This document shows, one piece after another, positions 18,376 to 27,415 of a DNA stretch of 64,000 nt. The notes under the pieces are model-generated. The model was not told where the DNA came from. It ran no database searches and saw nothing but the letters and a program-made list of their open reading frames with translations. This DNA comes from an uncultured Nitrospiraceae bacterium. GTDB lineage: Bacteria > Nitrospirota > Thermodesulfovibrionia > Thermodesulfovibrionales > Dissulfurispiraceae. Positions within the stretch are counted from its first letter, which is position 1, and each line of letters starts with the position of its first letter. A program made the position numbers and the translations under genes. The DNA lies in contig CAVSHF010000003.1 in assembly GCA_963727805.1 (NCBI GenBank), forward strand, positions 896,001-960,000, in the 5' to 3' direction.

Positions 18376-19855
18376 CCCAGAATCGTCATTAGCCAACAAT
18401 TTCTAATGGCCGCCATTAGGAATTGGTCTGGATAAGTTACTGAAAAAGCGATAAGATATTGCAATGCCTTTGGCACAAGCGGAAGCGAAAATGGTGTAAG
18501 GAATCTATTCATGGCACGAGAGCTTGAGCTGAGCTTTAGCGACAAAGAAATAACCCCATGGGGCGGCATGGCGTTGATGAATCGGATGCTTGGGAAAATG
18601 GACTTTCGTGGAGCATTAAAGCGGGCTGCACTGCCGATGCAAGGTTCCAATCGTGGGTATGCACCTGAGCAACTGATAGAACAGTTTCTAATAAGTGTGT
18701 GGTGCGGAGCCAACCGATTTGAGCATCTTGAAGTCACTCGGCACGATGAAGCAATACGGAAGATATTTGATTACAGACGTATGGCCGGGCATAAGTCAGT
18801 TCAAAGATATTTCAGGAAGTTTGGGCAAGCAACAAACCAGAGAGTGTTTCAGGAGCTCTATCAGTGGTTTTTCCAACGACTGCATTTTGATAATTTCACC
18901 TTGGATTTGGACTCAACGGTTATGAGTCGGTACGGGCAACAGGAAGGAGCGCGGCGTGGCTATAATCCTCAGAAGCCAGGGAGAAACTCCCATCATCCAC
19001 TGCTGGCATTTGTTGCGGATTGTCGAATGGTGGCCAACTGCTGGCTGAGATCTGGCGATGCCCATACGGCAAATAACTTTGAGGGATTTCTGCAAGACAC
19101 TCTGGAACACCTTGCCGGCAAGAAGGTTGGTCTGTTGCGTGCAGATAGCGGATTTTGCCAGAAGACTATACTGGAGTATCTTGAGGAACCGCAACATACA
19201 ATCCCCTATATTATTGCCACACGACTACATGCGCCTGTACAGCGCATGCTTGCGGCGCATCGGCAGTGGGTTGAGGTTGAAGACGGCATAGAAGTGGCTT
19301 CGGTTCTCTATACAGGCAATGGCTGGGGTAAAGAGCGCAGGATGGTCATGGTGCGACAACGGATTTCCAGAAGGCCGAAGGCAACTGGCAAAGTGCTGAG
19401 ATTGTTTGCAGAGGAAGTGGAGATCAGGGACTATCGCTATGGCTGTTTTGTTACGAGTCTAGAGCTTCCGGCACACCTTGTGTGGAAAATCTATCGGATG
19501 CGGGCAGATGCTGAGAACCGGATCAAGGAACTGAAGTATGACTTTGGTGCTGACAGTTTCAATATGCAAAGTTTCAGCGCCACTGAAACAGCAATGAACT
19601 GCGTCATGCTTGCCTATAATCTGATGAGTCTGTTTCGGCAGGTAGTCTTGTGCAGTAAGGTTCAACCAACTTTAAAGACGATGCGATACAAGGTATTTGC
19701 TGCTGGCGGCTACTTAGTCAAAGATGGTAATAGACGTATTCTTAAGCTTTGCCTGGCGATGCGGCGACGGCAATGGTTTGAAGGGCTCTGGGGCAAATCA
19801 AAGGATTTTGATCTGCCTGTTTCATTCACTTCACATCTCTAATGACAATTCTGGG
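18376..19855 (+). mobile_element. IS1380-family insertion sequence (1480 bp)
   Basis: 17-bp TIRs CCCAGAATCGTCATTAG / CTAATGACAATTCTGGG (16/17); AT-rich flanks TTTAA and TTAAA. Confidence 0.92.
18511..19842 (+). CDS. IS1380-family DDE transposase
   Basis: TPWGG, TLDLDST, LLRADSGF, YRMRADAENRIKELK. Confidence 0.93.
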   Translation: MARELELSFSDKEITPWGGMALMNRMLGKMDFRGALKRAALPMQGSNRGYAPEQLIEQFLISVWCGANRFEHLEVTRHDEAIRKIFDYRRMAGHKSVQRYFRKFGQATNQRVFQELYQWFFQRLHFDNFTLDLDSTVMSRYGQQEGARRGYNPQKPGRNSHHPLLAFVADCRMVANCWLRSGDAHTANNFEGFLQDTLEHLAGKKVGLLRADSGFCQKTILEYLEEPQHTIPYIIATRLHAPVQRMLAAHRQWVEVEDGIEVASVLYTGNGWGKERRMVMVRQRISRRPKATGKVLRLFAEEVEIRDYRYGCFVTSLELPAHLVWKIYRMRADAENRIKELKYDFGADSFNMQSFSATETAMNCVMLAYNLMSLFRQVVLCSKVQPTLKTMRYKVFAAGGYLVKDGNRRILKLCLAMRRRQWFEGLWGKSKDFDLPVSFTSHL

Positions 19856-20060
19856 TTAAACTCGGCAGGTGGTGAGCTTGCACCAGGATTTCAAAGAGGG
19901 AAAGCCGGTTATCACCGTGGCGCTTATGAGTTTTCTCAAGGACTGGCTCGGCAAGCATATTAAAGGCACTGATCAAAAATACAGCCCCTTCCTGATCAAC
20001 AAAGGAGTATCATAGTCTAATTTCCCTGGGGAACTGCCCCAGAAATTTTGTCTGGTAAAA

Positions 20061-20110
20061 GCCCTGTGAGCCGCCTTTGCTAAAATAAGTGAGGGGAGGC
20101 TCATAAGGGC
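20061..20110. terminator. Long GC-rich hairpin between convergent genes (probable terminator)
   Basis: GCCCTGTGAGCC...GGCTCATAAGGGC inverted repeat. Confidence 0.5.
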
Positions 20111-20273
20111 GTTGCATTAACATGATTGCGGAAATATTTAGATCATGGCCCAGATGCTATAGTGGCTATTAACATTAATACGTAGTGGTCTCCATTTTAT
20201 AAAGGGAGCAGCCTCTTCTCGTGCTGGCGCCGTAAATCTTTTTTAAGAATATCTCCTGATGTGAATTTCTCAA

Positions 20274-20474
20274 TCAATTCTTTTCCATGTCCGCTTCAGG
20301 CTCGAAGGCGTCTACGTCGATCACTTCCCTGATATGCTTATTCTGCGTAAGGATGCTCCTGATGATGCGCTCGACATATTTGGGATGCTCCCCTTTTGCG
20401 GCCACAGATTGACCTACCTCGACGATAAAATTACACTCGATGAGGATTGTCGATTCCTTCATCTTGTTAATCAT
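20274..20474 (-). CDS. Small hypothetical protein downstream of skp
   Basis: ORF 16 bp after the skp stop, GAGG upstream. Confidence 0.5.
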   Translation of the reverse strand: MINKMKESTILIECNFIVEVGQSVAAKGEHPKYVERIIRSILTQNKHIREVIDVDAFEPEADMEKN

Positions 20475-20490
20475 GGCAATTCAGATCCTC

Positions 20491-21039
20491 TCATTTCTTG
20501 CCGCTTTTGTGCTGCGACTCATCATATTTCCTTATCACCTTATCGGTGATGTCAATCGCCTTGTCCGCAAAGACCACGATGGCCTCATTGTTCTCAAGAA
20601 TGAGGTTATATTTATCCTCTGCTGCCATGACCTGAATGATTTCCCTGAGGCCCACGAGAACGCTGCGGATGAGCTCGTTTTCTTTTTTCCCGATTTCACC
20701 CTGAGAATCCGCAACAGTCCGTTGGTACTCACGTGTACGGCGCTCGAGTTCATCCTGCTTGTTCTTTATTGCTACTGCGGAAATTACGTCTCCCTGTTTC
20801 TCAAGGTCGGTTTTTAATTTCTCGATATTCGTGCCCATTTCATCAAGGACTCCCTGTTTACTTTTGGCAAAAGCCTCGAGTTCTGCTTTTGCCTTCATTC
20901 CCTGCTCCGATCCTGTGACCGCTTTTTTGAGATCGACTATGCCGATCTTCATCGATATGTCAGACGCGAGTGCAGGGGATGCTGCAAAAACAAACAAGGA
21001 CAAAACCAGAATTCCCTTAAATACAATATTCTTCATCAT
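20491..21039 (-). CDS. skp: OmpH/Skp periplasmic chaperone
   Basis: Signal peptide, KIGIVDL, long coiled coil, DITDKVI; GGAGG before ATG 21039/21036. Confidence 0.9.
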   Translation of the reverse strand: MMKNIVFKGILVLSLFVFAASPALASDISMKIGIVDLKKAVTGSEQGMKAKAELEAFAKSKQGVLDEMGTNIEKLKTDLEKQGDVISAVAIKNKQDELERRTREYQRTVADSQGEIGKKENELIRSVLVGLREIIQVMAAEDKYNLILENNEAIVVFADKAIDITDKVIRKYDESQHKSGKK

Positions 21040-21315
21040 TTCCTCCGTTTGATTATTCTCTTGCGAAATAGCTCTTACCCAATTATTTACATTGACAAAT
21101 AATTGTGAAACCGCCGTAAAGACATTATGAATAATTGTGAACACAGCCTACTCTCCCGAAGATATCGCAGTCTTTCAACAATGTATAGCTTGGGCAGTAT
21201 TTAGCTGATTAAAACCACTGCAAGTCGTGATCATACGGTCGTCTGCATGACTTATCACTTCGCATAACTTTCATCCTTCTTGTCTGCATGTAATTTATGC
21301 CCATTGAAAACGATT

Positions 21316-21705
21316 TCATCTATTATTCTCTTCGCCCTCATGCCTTTTCTTCCGCTCTGCTACGATTTTATTGAACGTTTCAAGCTGATCCGGACGCAGT
21401 ATCGTACGCACCCTATCCTGTGATCGCTGCAGTATCTCCTCGATCTGCGGCCGATACTGTTTTCGCACGCTCCTCATCTGAGCATGCGTTTCCAGTACAA
21501 TGGTGCGCAACTGTTCCAGTTGGACCGCATCCAGATTGAGTTTCTGGTTGAGCCGCGTCACGATAATTTCGCTTGTCATACCGGATTCGCCTTTCATAAT
21601 GCTTTCGATCTTCTGCTGATCGATTCCATGCATAACAAGCGCACCCGCCATTCCCCCCAGCACAAAGATAAGGACCACGCTGACAATAACTTTCCATCCT
21701 CTCAT
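21316..21705 (-). CDS. Periplasmic Spy/CpxP-like protein of the ECF operon
   Basis: N-terminal TM, LNLDAVQ and ILRPDQ LTxxQ-like motifs. Confidence 0.7.
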   Translation of the reverse strand: MRGWKVIVSVVLIFVLGGMAGALVMHGIDQQKIESIMKGESGMTSEIIVTRLNQKLNLDAVQLEQLRTIVLETHAQMRSVRKQYRPQIEEILQRSQDRVRTILRPDQLETFNKIVAERKKRHEGEENNR

Positions 21706-21706
21706 C

Positions 21707-22018
21707 TCATTCTCCCGTTAAAGAAGCCACAAGCATTGTTTCTTCATTATTTATTCCCGCAATCGAACTTAGGTCCACCAACTGTTTATGTTCCGCCATG
21801 AATGTCCATATACCGAGTAGCAGAACAGCGGAGACAAAGGCCGGCATAAGGCGCCATGCCCACGAAAAGAAAGTCTTCCGCTTTTCACGCTGTGCCTTGA
21901 TCTTCGCCATTAATCGGGTTTCAAACCCATGTTCTATTTTTGTATTGTAGGGTTGGACTTTGCGCGCAGCTTCAAAAAGCCTGTCGATCCTGTCATCATC
22001 ACCATTATTTTCCATCAT
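21707..22018 (-). CDS. Probable membrane anti-sigma factor
   Basis: Overlaps the ECF stop; FETRLMAKI then a single TM helix. Confidence 0.7.
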   Translation of the reverse strand: MMENNGDDDRIDRLFEAARKVQPYNTKIEHGFETRLMAKIKAQREKRKTFFSWAWRLMPAFVSAVLLLGIWTFMAEHKQLVDLSSIAGINNEETMLVASLTGE

Positions 22019-22568
22019 TACCCTCCATGATTCTTTTCAGTTCCTTTCGTGCCCTGAATGCACGAACTTTAACATTGGACTCGCTCCAGCCGGTAAGCAA
22101 CGCAGTTTCCCGCACAGTTTTTTCTTCCAGGTTCAGCAGCGTTATTACCATCCTATCTTCAGGGCGCAGTTTGGTCATCGCAGACCTTAGAACAGCCCAT
22201 GCCTCTTGGCCAGACAGGTTCTCTGCAGGCGACGGATCTCCCAGAGAGAAAGCAACGCTGTCCAATGATACATCATACCGTCTGCGGCTTTGCTTGCGCA
22301 GCACATCATAACAGACATTGACGGCTATTTTTGTCAACCAGTGCTCAAAAGGGGCATCCCCGCGAAATTTATTTAGGCTTTGATAAGCCTTGATAAACGC
22401 CTCCTGGCAGATATCGTCCAACTCGTCGCTATCCCTGACAAACCGTGCAGAAAGTCTCAATACTTTTTGTTTATATCGCCGGACCAGTTCGGCGAATGCC
22501 TCTTCATCACCCGAAAGTGTAGCTTTGACGAGACGTTCATCTGTGGACACCTGTTGCGGTGTGTTCAT
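22005..22568 (-). CDS. ECF RNA polymerase sigma factor
   Basis: GDEEAFAELVRRY, DICQEAFIKAY, FEHWLTKIAVN, NVKVRAFRARKEL; ATG 22568 (track extension to 22958 is spurious). Confidence 0.92.
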   Translation of the reverse strand: MNTPQQVSTDERLVKATLSGDEEAFAELVRRYKQKVLRLSARFVRDSDELDDICQEAFIKAYQSLNKFRGDAPFEHWLTKIAVNVCYDVLRKQSRRRYDVSLDSVAFSLGDPSPAENLSGQEAWAVLRSAMTKLRPEDRMVITLLNLEEKTVRETALLTGWSESNVKVRAFRARKELKRIMEGNDGK

Positions 22569-22642
22569 CTTATCTCCATGTCCTTCCCGTCCTTCGCCCC
22601 GACAAGTCGAAACAAGTGCCAGTCGCTCTTCACTCCCACCCT

Positions 22643-23038
22643 TTACTGTTTGACCTGTGAAAGTTTCCTGGACTGCTTCTGCGTCAGTACCCTCCACATA
22701 GCCTGTATCGGGTGTGCTAGCTGTACTGCAACCTTGGCGTTCTTTGCGCCGATTGCAGATTAATCGACTGGTCCGTGATGGATCATAACCCTCAATACAT
22801 ACATCTCGGCATACTGTTCCATCGATTGAAGTGATGGCCGATATTCCTGCATGGCATCCTTCAACTACCTTCTGGTCACCCATTGCACCAAGCGTCTTAA
22901 CCATGCCGTGATTATGTATCATCACATGTTGAGGCCCATAAACTGCCTGTAATAACATATAAATTCATATGCCAAGCCTGCAATTGCCACCATCGCCGAC
23001 ACTAAAAGAACAAGTATACCACCACTGTATCTCTTCAT
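22643..23038 (-). pseudogene. Decayed Spy/CpxP-family gene, first in the ECF operon
   Basis: AGGAGG + signal peptide MKRYSGGILVLLVSAMVAIAGLAY, frameshifts, then LKDAMQEYRP...VD*SAIGAKNAKVA...VLTQKQ with internal TAA at 22760-22762. Confidence 0.7.
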
Positions 23039-23217
23039 GTAAGCTCCTCCTTTGTCAAGAAGCAAGACGATGAAAGCGATCGTGAGGTTACAATAAGCAA
23101 GCAAGATTATTCTGTTGAAAGTAAGCGACATATCGAAAGCCGTGGACGCAATCTTTACCAAGAGGTGTTTGAATTTCATCATCAGTTCCTTCACGTTTTA
23201 GTCTCTTTTTAATTATG

Positions 23218-23245
23218 AGACGGCCGGGTCAAGCAAAAGGTTACA
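23218..23245 (-). promoter_or_regulatory. ECF-type promoter TGTAACC-N16-CGTCT (ECF operon)
   Basis: Same -35/-10 and spacing as 24303-24330. Confidence 0.75.
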
Positions 23246-23375
23246 ATATGCGTAAGCGATCACGACGTGATGAGGGAAAAGGAATGATTAATCAGCTGCC
23301 AATCTAATGGCTTGAAGGACAGTCAGCGTTGTGTATGAGTCCTTACTTCAACAGCAATATTTTGACGTGAATATC

Positions 23376-23413
23376 AAAAGGGGAAGGGCTTCAGGACATC
23401 CCTTCCCCTTTTT
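23376..23413. terminator. Bidirectional Rho-independent terminator
   Basis: AAAAGGGGAAGGG...CCCTTCCCCTTTT stem with A/T runs. Confidence 0.85.
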
Positions 23414-23427
23414 TGGGAGTTTGCGAG

Positions 23428-23940
23428 TCATACCTTCGAGGACAGCAACGTACCTATTATGGCATCCGAAGCTCCCGTTGAACCAGAAACAATGCTGCTA
23501 CTGTTAGTGTAATTCTGGGACGCTAAGCCTTGCGCGCCGTGATGGTGGTGATGATGATGGCCCTTTTGGATACCGGAAAGGTCAGATCCCAGTGTGTTTT
23601 CCGCGTTTTGTATTAGCTTTTGATTGCCCGACTGTATCGCGCTTTGAAGGTTTGTCAGGTCCTGATTAAGGGTCTGAAGAGTGGTTGCTTTTGTGCCAGG
23701 AGCGGGACTGGCACCCGTTGTGTTGTTGCTTGTTCCACCGGCCGAATTCAGCAGAGAGGAAATATCACTCTGGAAAGTGGCTGCAGCCTTTTGTAGTGCA
23801 TCTTGTGAGATAGTGACTTGATCCTTATTACCCGAACTCTGAGAGCCTTGAGCAGCAGTAAGGGACTGGTTAAGGTTCTGGAGATCAGTCTTCATCGTCT
23901 GCCAAAGTGTTTGGCCGGCACTGACCGGTTGAATCGACAT
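23428..23940 (-). CDS. Ser/Thr/Gln-rich helical protein with His7 tract
   Basis: AGGAGG RBS before ATG 23940; KGHHHHHHHG. Confidence 0.75.
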   Translation of the reverse strand: MSIQPVSAGQTLWQTMKTDLQNLNQSLTAAQGSQSSGNKDQVTISQDALQKAAATFQSDISSLLNSAGGTSNNTTGASPAPGTKATTLQTLNQDLTNLQSAIQSGNQKLIQNAENTLGSDLSGIQKGHHHHHHHGAQGLASQNYTNSSSIVSGSTGASDAIIGTLLSSKV

Positions 23941-23978
23941 ATATTTCACCTCCTTTCGTAATAATTCTTAAACTTTCT

Positions 23979-23994
23979 TACAATTTATGTGCCA
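23979..23994 (-). promoter_or_regulatory. Possible sigma-54 promoter
   Basis: TGGCAC-ATAAA-TTGTA (consensus TGGCAC-N5-TTGCW; conserved C missing). Confidence 0.4.
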
Positions 23995-24302
23995 TCAAAT
24001 TCATAATATCCATTAACTTATAAATAATGTTATAAAACAAGCCGTTGGTGTGCTCCACTGAAACAATTCTTAGGTTAGCAACCAAGCACATTCTTCCATT
24101 TCATAAGACCACTAGGAATTTTTTTCCATCTATCGAGAAAGGATCACTGCACTGTCAGCAAGCAGCTCGGTCCTTAGAACTTTTCTAATTGTCGCCGGTT
24201 CATCAATCTTTTTCATTCCTCTCCACAATATAACGGCATCTAAAAAGTTATCTGGCAACCGCAAAGTTTTTGCCTTCAAGTGTACTGTCGACGGCAATGC
24301 GT

Positions 24303-24330
24303 TGTAACCTCTTACGGATCATTTCCGTCT
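24303..24330 (+). promoter_or_regulatory. ECF-type promoter TGTAACC-N16-CGTCT (Spy-like gene)
   Basis: Matches 23218-23245. Confidence 0.75.
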
Positions 24331-24371
24331 TTAGTTTATATGGGGCATTTAATTTTAAAGGAGGAAGTGCA

Positions 24372-24914
24372 ATGAGAGGGATTAGACGTTTTTCGGTGTT
24401 GGCTGCAGCCGTTTCGCTCGCTATGTTGCTTGGAGGAAGCATGGGGTCCAATGTGTATGCGGAAAGTGGACATGACGGCCACCAGAAGCAGTTTATGAAT
24501 AAAGAGAAGGCCGAGCACGGCAAACAGGGGAGGCACTGCGGGCATCACAAATGGGACCTGTTTAAGGGGCTCAACCTTAACGCAGCTCAAAAAGAACAGA
24601 TCAAAGGCATCATGAAGGGACATCACAAAGAGTTCATCGAGGGTAAGATTGCCGTTCTGCAGGCAAAACAGAACCTGATGACGGCAACGACCAGCGCCAC
24701 ATTTGATCAAACGGCTGTGCAGAGGGCATTCGGCGATGTTTCAGCGGCACAGGAGAAGATGATAATTTTACGCGCAAAAGTCTTCAGTGAGGTGATGCCG
24801 ATATTAACGCCTGACCAGAAGGCTGTAGTGTCTGGCCGGCTAGCGAAGTCCAAGCTTCGCATGCAAAAGGTCATCTCAAAGCTTGAATCAAAGCTAAAAT
24901 CACCGACTGAATAA
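24372..24914 (+). CDS. Spy/CpxP family periplasmic chaperone
   Basis: AGGAGG RBS, signal peptide, LNLNAAQKEQI and ILTPDQK motifs. Confidence 0.88.
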   Translation: MRGIRRFSVLAAAVSLAMLLGGSMGSNVYAESGHDGHQKQFMNKEKAEHGKQGRHCGHHKWDLFKGLNLNAAQKEQIKGIMKGHHKEFIEGKIAVLQAKQNLMTATTSATFDQTAVQRAFGDVSAAQEKMIILRAKVFSEVMPILTPDQKAVVSGRLAKSKLRMQKVISKLESKLKSPTE

Positions 24915-25062
24915 CCCACAGCCATTGAGTATGCCGGGGGAATAAGGGCATAACATAGGGGATGTCAGATGCAACCATCCCCTTGTACTCAATATTGTCT
25001 GGTAGCTTGCAAGGATCATAAAAGGCATGGAAATGAAAGGAGTTGAAGGATCATAAACGCAG

Positions 25063-25503
25063 ATGGACAAACACAAGAGCAATACTTCGCATTTTGCAGC
25101 AGCTGTTATCCTTGTTGTGGAGGATGATCCAGTGCAGAGAGATATCCTCCAGATAATCCTTGCTGATGAGGGGTACCAGACGCATGTTGCGTCATCGGCT
25201 GAGGAGGCGCTAAAGGTGGCGAAAGCGTTAAAGCCGGATGTCGTTTTGACAGATCTTCGCATGCACAAAATGAATGGTATAGAACTCATGGAAGAACTCA
25301 GATCACAAGGGGATGCGCCGGAGGTGATTATAATGTCTGCCTCTGGCACCCCCCTCATAATAGAGGAATCGGTAGGAAAGGGGGCGTTCAGTTTTATACA
25401 AAAACCTCTTGATATACCTCAAGTTTTATTGAACATAAATCGGGCCTTAGGGATAAGTGCTCGATTAAAATATCCGGATCAAAAATCTCAACGTTTATAT
25501 TGA
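25063..25503 (+). CDS. Single-domain response regulator
   Basis: ILVVEDD, DVVLTDLRM, IMSA, QKP. Confidence 0.88.
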   Translation: MDKHKSNTSHFAAAVILVVEDDPVQRDILQIILADEGYQTHVASSAEEALKVAKALKPDVVLTDLRMHKMNGIELMEELRSQGDAPEVIIMSASGTPLIIEESVGKGAFSFIQKPLDIPQVLLNINRALGISARLKYPDQKSQRLY

Positions 25504-25518
25504 GAACAGGAGGTCGCC

Positions 25519-25965
25519 GTGCGCATCAGAATGAACTTAAATATAACAATGCAAGCACTTGCGTTCTCAGTTTATATTCTTTTTGTGGCGGTTTTTTTTA
25601 TTCCGTCGGTTACGGCTCAAATCGACAATGCGTCCAACATCAACAAATCCCCCGAGGAAATAGTATCCCAGCTGAGGGAGCGACTTCACCTAACTGAAGA
25701 GCAGACAACAATGATTCGTCCTATCATCGAGGAAAGTTACACCAAACGTCGCGATATTTTCAATAGCAATGCAGATGGGAAAGCAATGAAAAGTGCTTTA
25801 CAGCAGGTTCAGTGGACAACCGATATTAAACTTGGGCAGATTCTGACAAAAGAACAGATGGAATCATATCAAAACCTCTCCGAAGAACAGAGGGATAAGA
25901 CACAGAGCAATGATACGCACCGAGGCCGGGGTGGCGAGCGTGGCGGAGGAATGCGAAGCTTTTAG
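25519..25965 (+). CDS. Exported LTxxQ (Spy-like) helical protein
   Basis: AGGAGG RBS, signal peptide, LHLTEEQ and ILTKEQ, RG-rich tail. Confidence 0.75.
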   Translation: MRIRMNLNITMQALAFSVYILFVAVFFIPSVTAQIDNASNINKSPEEIVSQLRERLHLTEEQTTMIRPIIEESYTKRRDIFNSNADGKAMKSALQQVQWTTDIKLGQILTKEQMESYQNLSEEQRDKTQSNDTHRGRGGERGGGMRSF

Positions 25966-26052
25966 CTACTGCGACTGTTACGCACGAAATCTGTTGTGTA
26001 AATATATCTGCAGGAGCAGCGTCATAAACAACTATAATTGTGAGGGCAGATC

Positions 26053-26703
26053 ATGTTCAGGATTATAGTCAACGTCTCTATATTGACTATCGTTGCCATT
26101 TACGTGACATCAACGAACGTGTCAGCACAAATGGCCAGTAAAGTGTTCGGCACACAATATATACAAATCGCTTCCTTAAGCGATTCGGCGTTGGTATCTC
26201 ATTCAGTCCCAGACGGCGATAGATCGTGGACGAATAAGCCATTGTTAGCGAAAGATTACAATGAACAGGGCGTCACATATTCGAAACAAGGTCAATATGA
26301 CCTTGCAATTTTGGAATTCAATAAAGCCCTTGAGATTGACCCTACGTTAACGGATGCCTACAATAATCGAGGCATTACTTATTCAAAAAAAGGCCAATAT
26401 GATTCGGCCATTTCTGATTTCTCAAAGGCCTTGGAGATAGAGCCCAAAGATACCAAAGTCCTTTATAATCGTGGCATTACTCATGCAATAGAGGGTCAGT
26501 TTGACCTTGCCCTGTCTGATCTAAGCAAATGTCTGGAACTTTCTCCAAACAATGCCGATGCCTATGACTTCAGAGGCATTATATATGAAGGGTTGGCATG
26601 TTTAGATTGGGTACAAGCCTGTAAATTCGGGCATTGCGACAAGTTAAATGATGCTAAGAGAGGGGGGCTTTGCTCTGACCTTAGCACAATAAATAATATG
26701 TGA
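26053..26703 (+). CDS. Tetratricopeptide repeat protein, probably exported
   Basis: Repeated AYNNRG...YDxAIxDFxKALEIxP. Confidence 0.88.
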   Translation: MFRIIVNVSILTIVAIYVTSTNVSAQMASKVFGTQYIQIASLSDSALVSHSVPDGDRSWTNKPLLAKDYNEQGVTYSKQGQYDLAILEFNKALEIDPTLTDAYNNRGITYSKKGQYDSAISDFSKALEIEPKDTKVLYNRGITHAIEGQFDLALSDLSKCLELSPNNADAYDFRGIIYEGLACLDWVQACKFGHCDKLNDAKRGGLCSDLSTINNM

Positions 26704-27012
26704 TGATCGTAAACTTGATTGTAGTAACCACAGCTACAGCAACACTTTTTTGATGGATTCTTTTATACCTTCATACAAGGCCTCGGTATAGAATAATAAG
26801 GAGGCAGTGAATCAAGGAAATAATCAGGAGTGACTGTAAATACATCTACGCAGCAACTGCACAATTTTTGGTTAATGCTGAAGTGAGGACGAGATACATT
26901 CCTGAACAAAAGAGAAAATCGTTGATAAAATAATATTAATGACAAGCAATTGAGATCCAACGATGGGGTGGCATATAAATAAACGAAACGTTCCACGCAA
27001 AGGAGGTTGGAA

Positions 27013-27411
27013 ATGAAAAAGGGGTTTGCTGTTGTTGTTATTGCTGTCTTGGTCCTGCTTTCAGTAAGTATGCTATCTGGAGATGCAGCCGCACGAGTCT
27101 TTGTCAGAGGAGGTGTATGGATTGGTCCTGGATGGGGTCCATGGTGGGGTCCTTCCTATTATCCCTACTATCCTTACAATCCGTACTATGAAGCTCCACC
27201 CGTTGTCATCCAGCAGCGGCCGACATATAGCGAGCCAACACCACAACCAGAGGAGCAGAGTTACTGGTATTTTTGCACGAAGCCACAAGGCTACTATCCA
27301 TACGTAAAAAAGTGTCCTGGCGGTTGGCTGAAGGTAGTTCCTCCTTCTGCTCCACCCGATCAGAGGATGGATAATACACCGTATCCGGATTTGCCGGATC
27401 AGAGGAGGTGA
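27013..27411 (+). CDS. Secreted Pro/Tyr-rich protein
   Basis: AGGAGG RBS, signal peptide, YWYFC..PQGYYPYVKKCPGGW motif. Confidence 0.8.
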   Translation: MKKGFAVVVIAVLVLLSVSMLSGDAAARVFVRGGVWIGPGWGPWWGPSYYPYYPYNPYYEAPPVVIQQRPTYSEPTPQPEEQSYWYFCTKPQGYYPYVKKCPGGWLKVVPPSAPPDQRMDNTPYPDLPDQRR

Positions 27412-27415
27412 AGAC

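Larger units (their letters stand above)
16857..20015 (+). pseudogene. Bacteriohemerythrin interrupted by two IS elements (pieces 16857-16896, 18163-18375, 19861-20015)
   Basis: Joined pieces give a 135-aa ORF MALIVWSNDLSVNIHSIDEQH...THFATEE...HKKEH...DWLGKHIKGTD with GGAGG RBS. Confidence 0.93.

Noticed and set aside
22569..22958. N-terminal extension of the ECF sigma in the ORF track
   Set aside because: Explained by the underlying Spy pseudogene; the sigma domain begins at 22568
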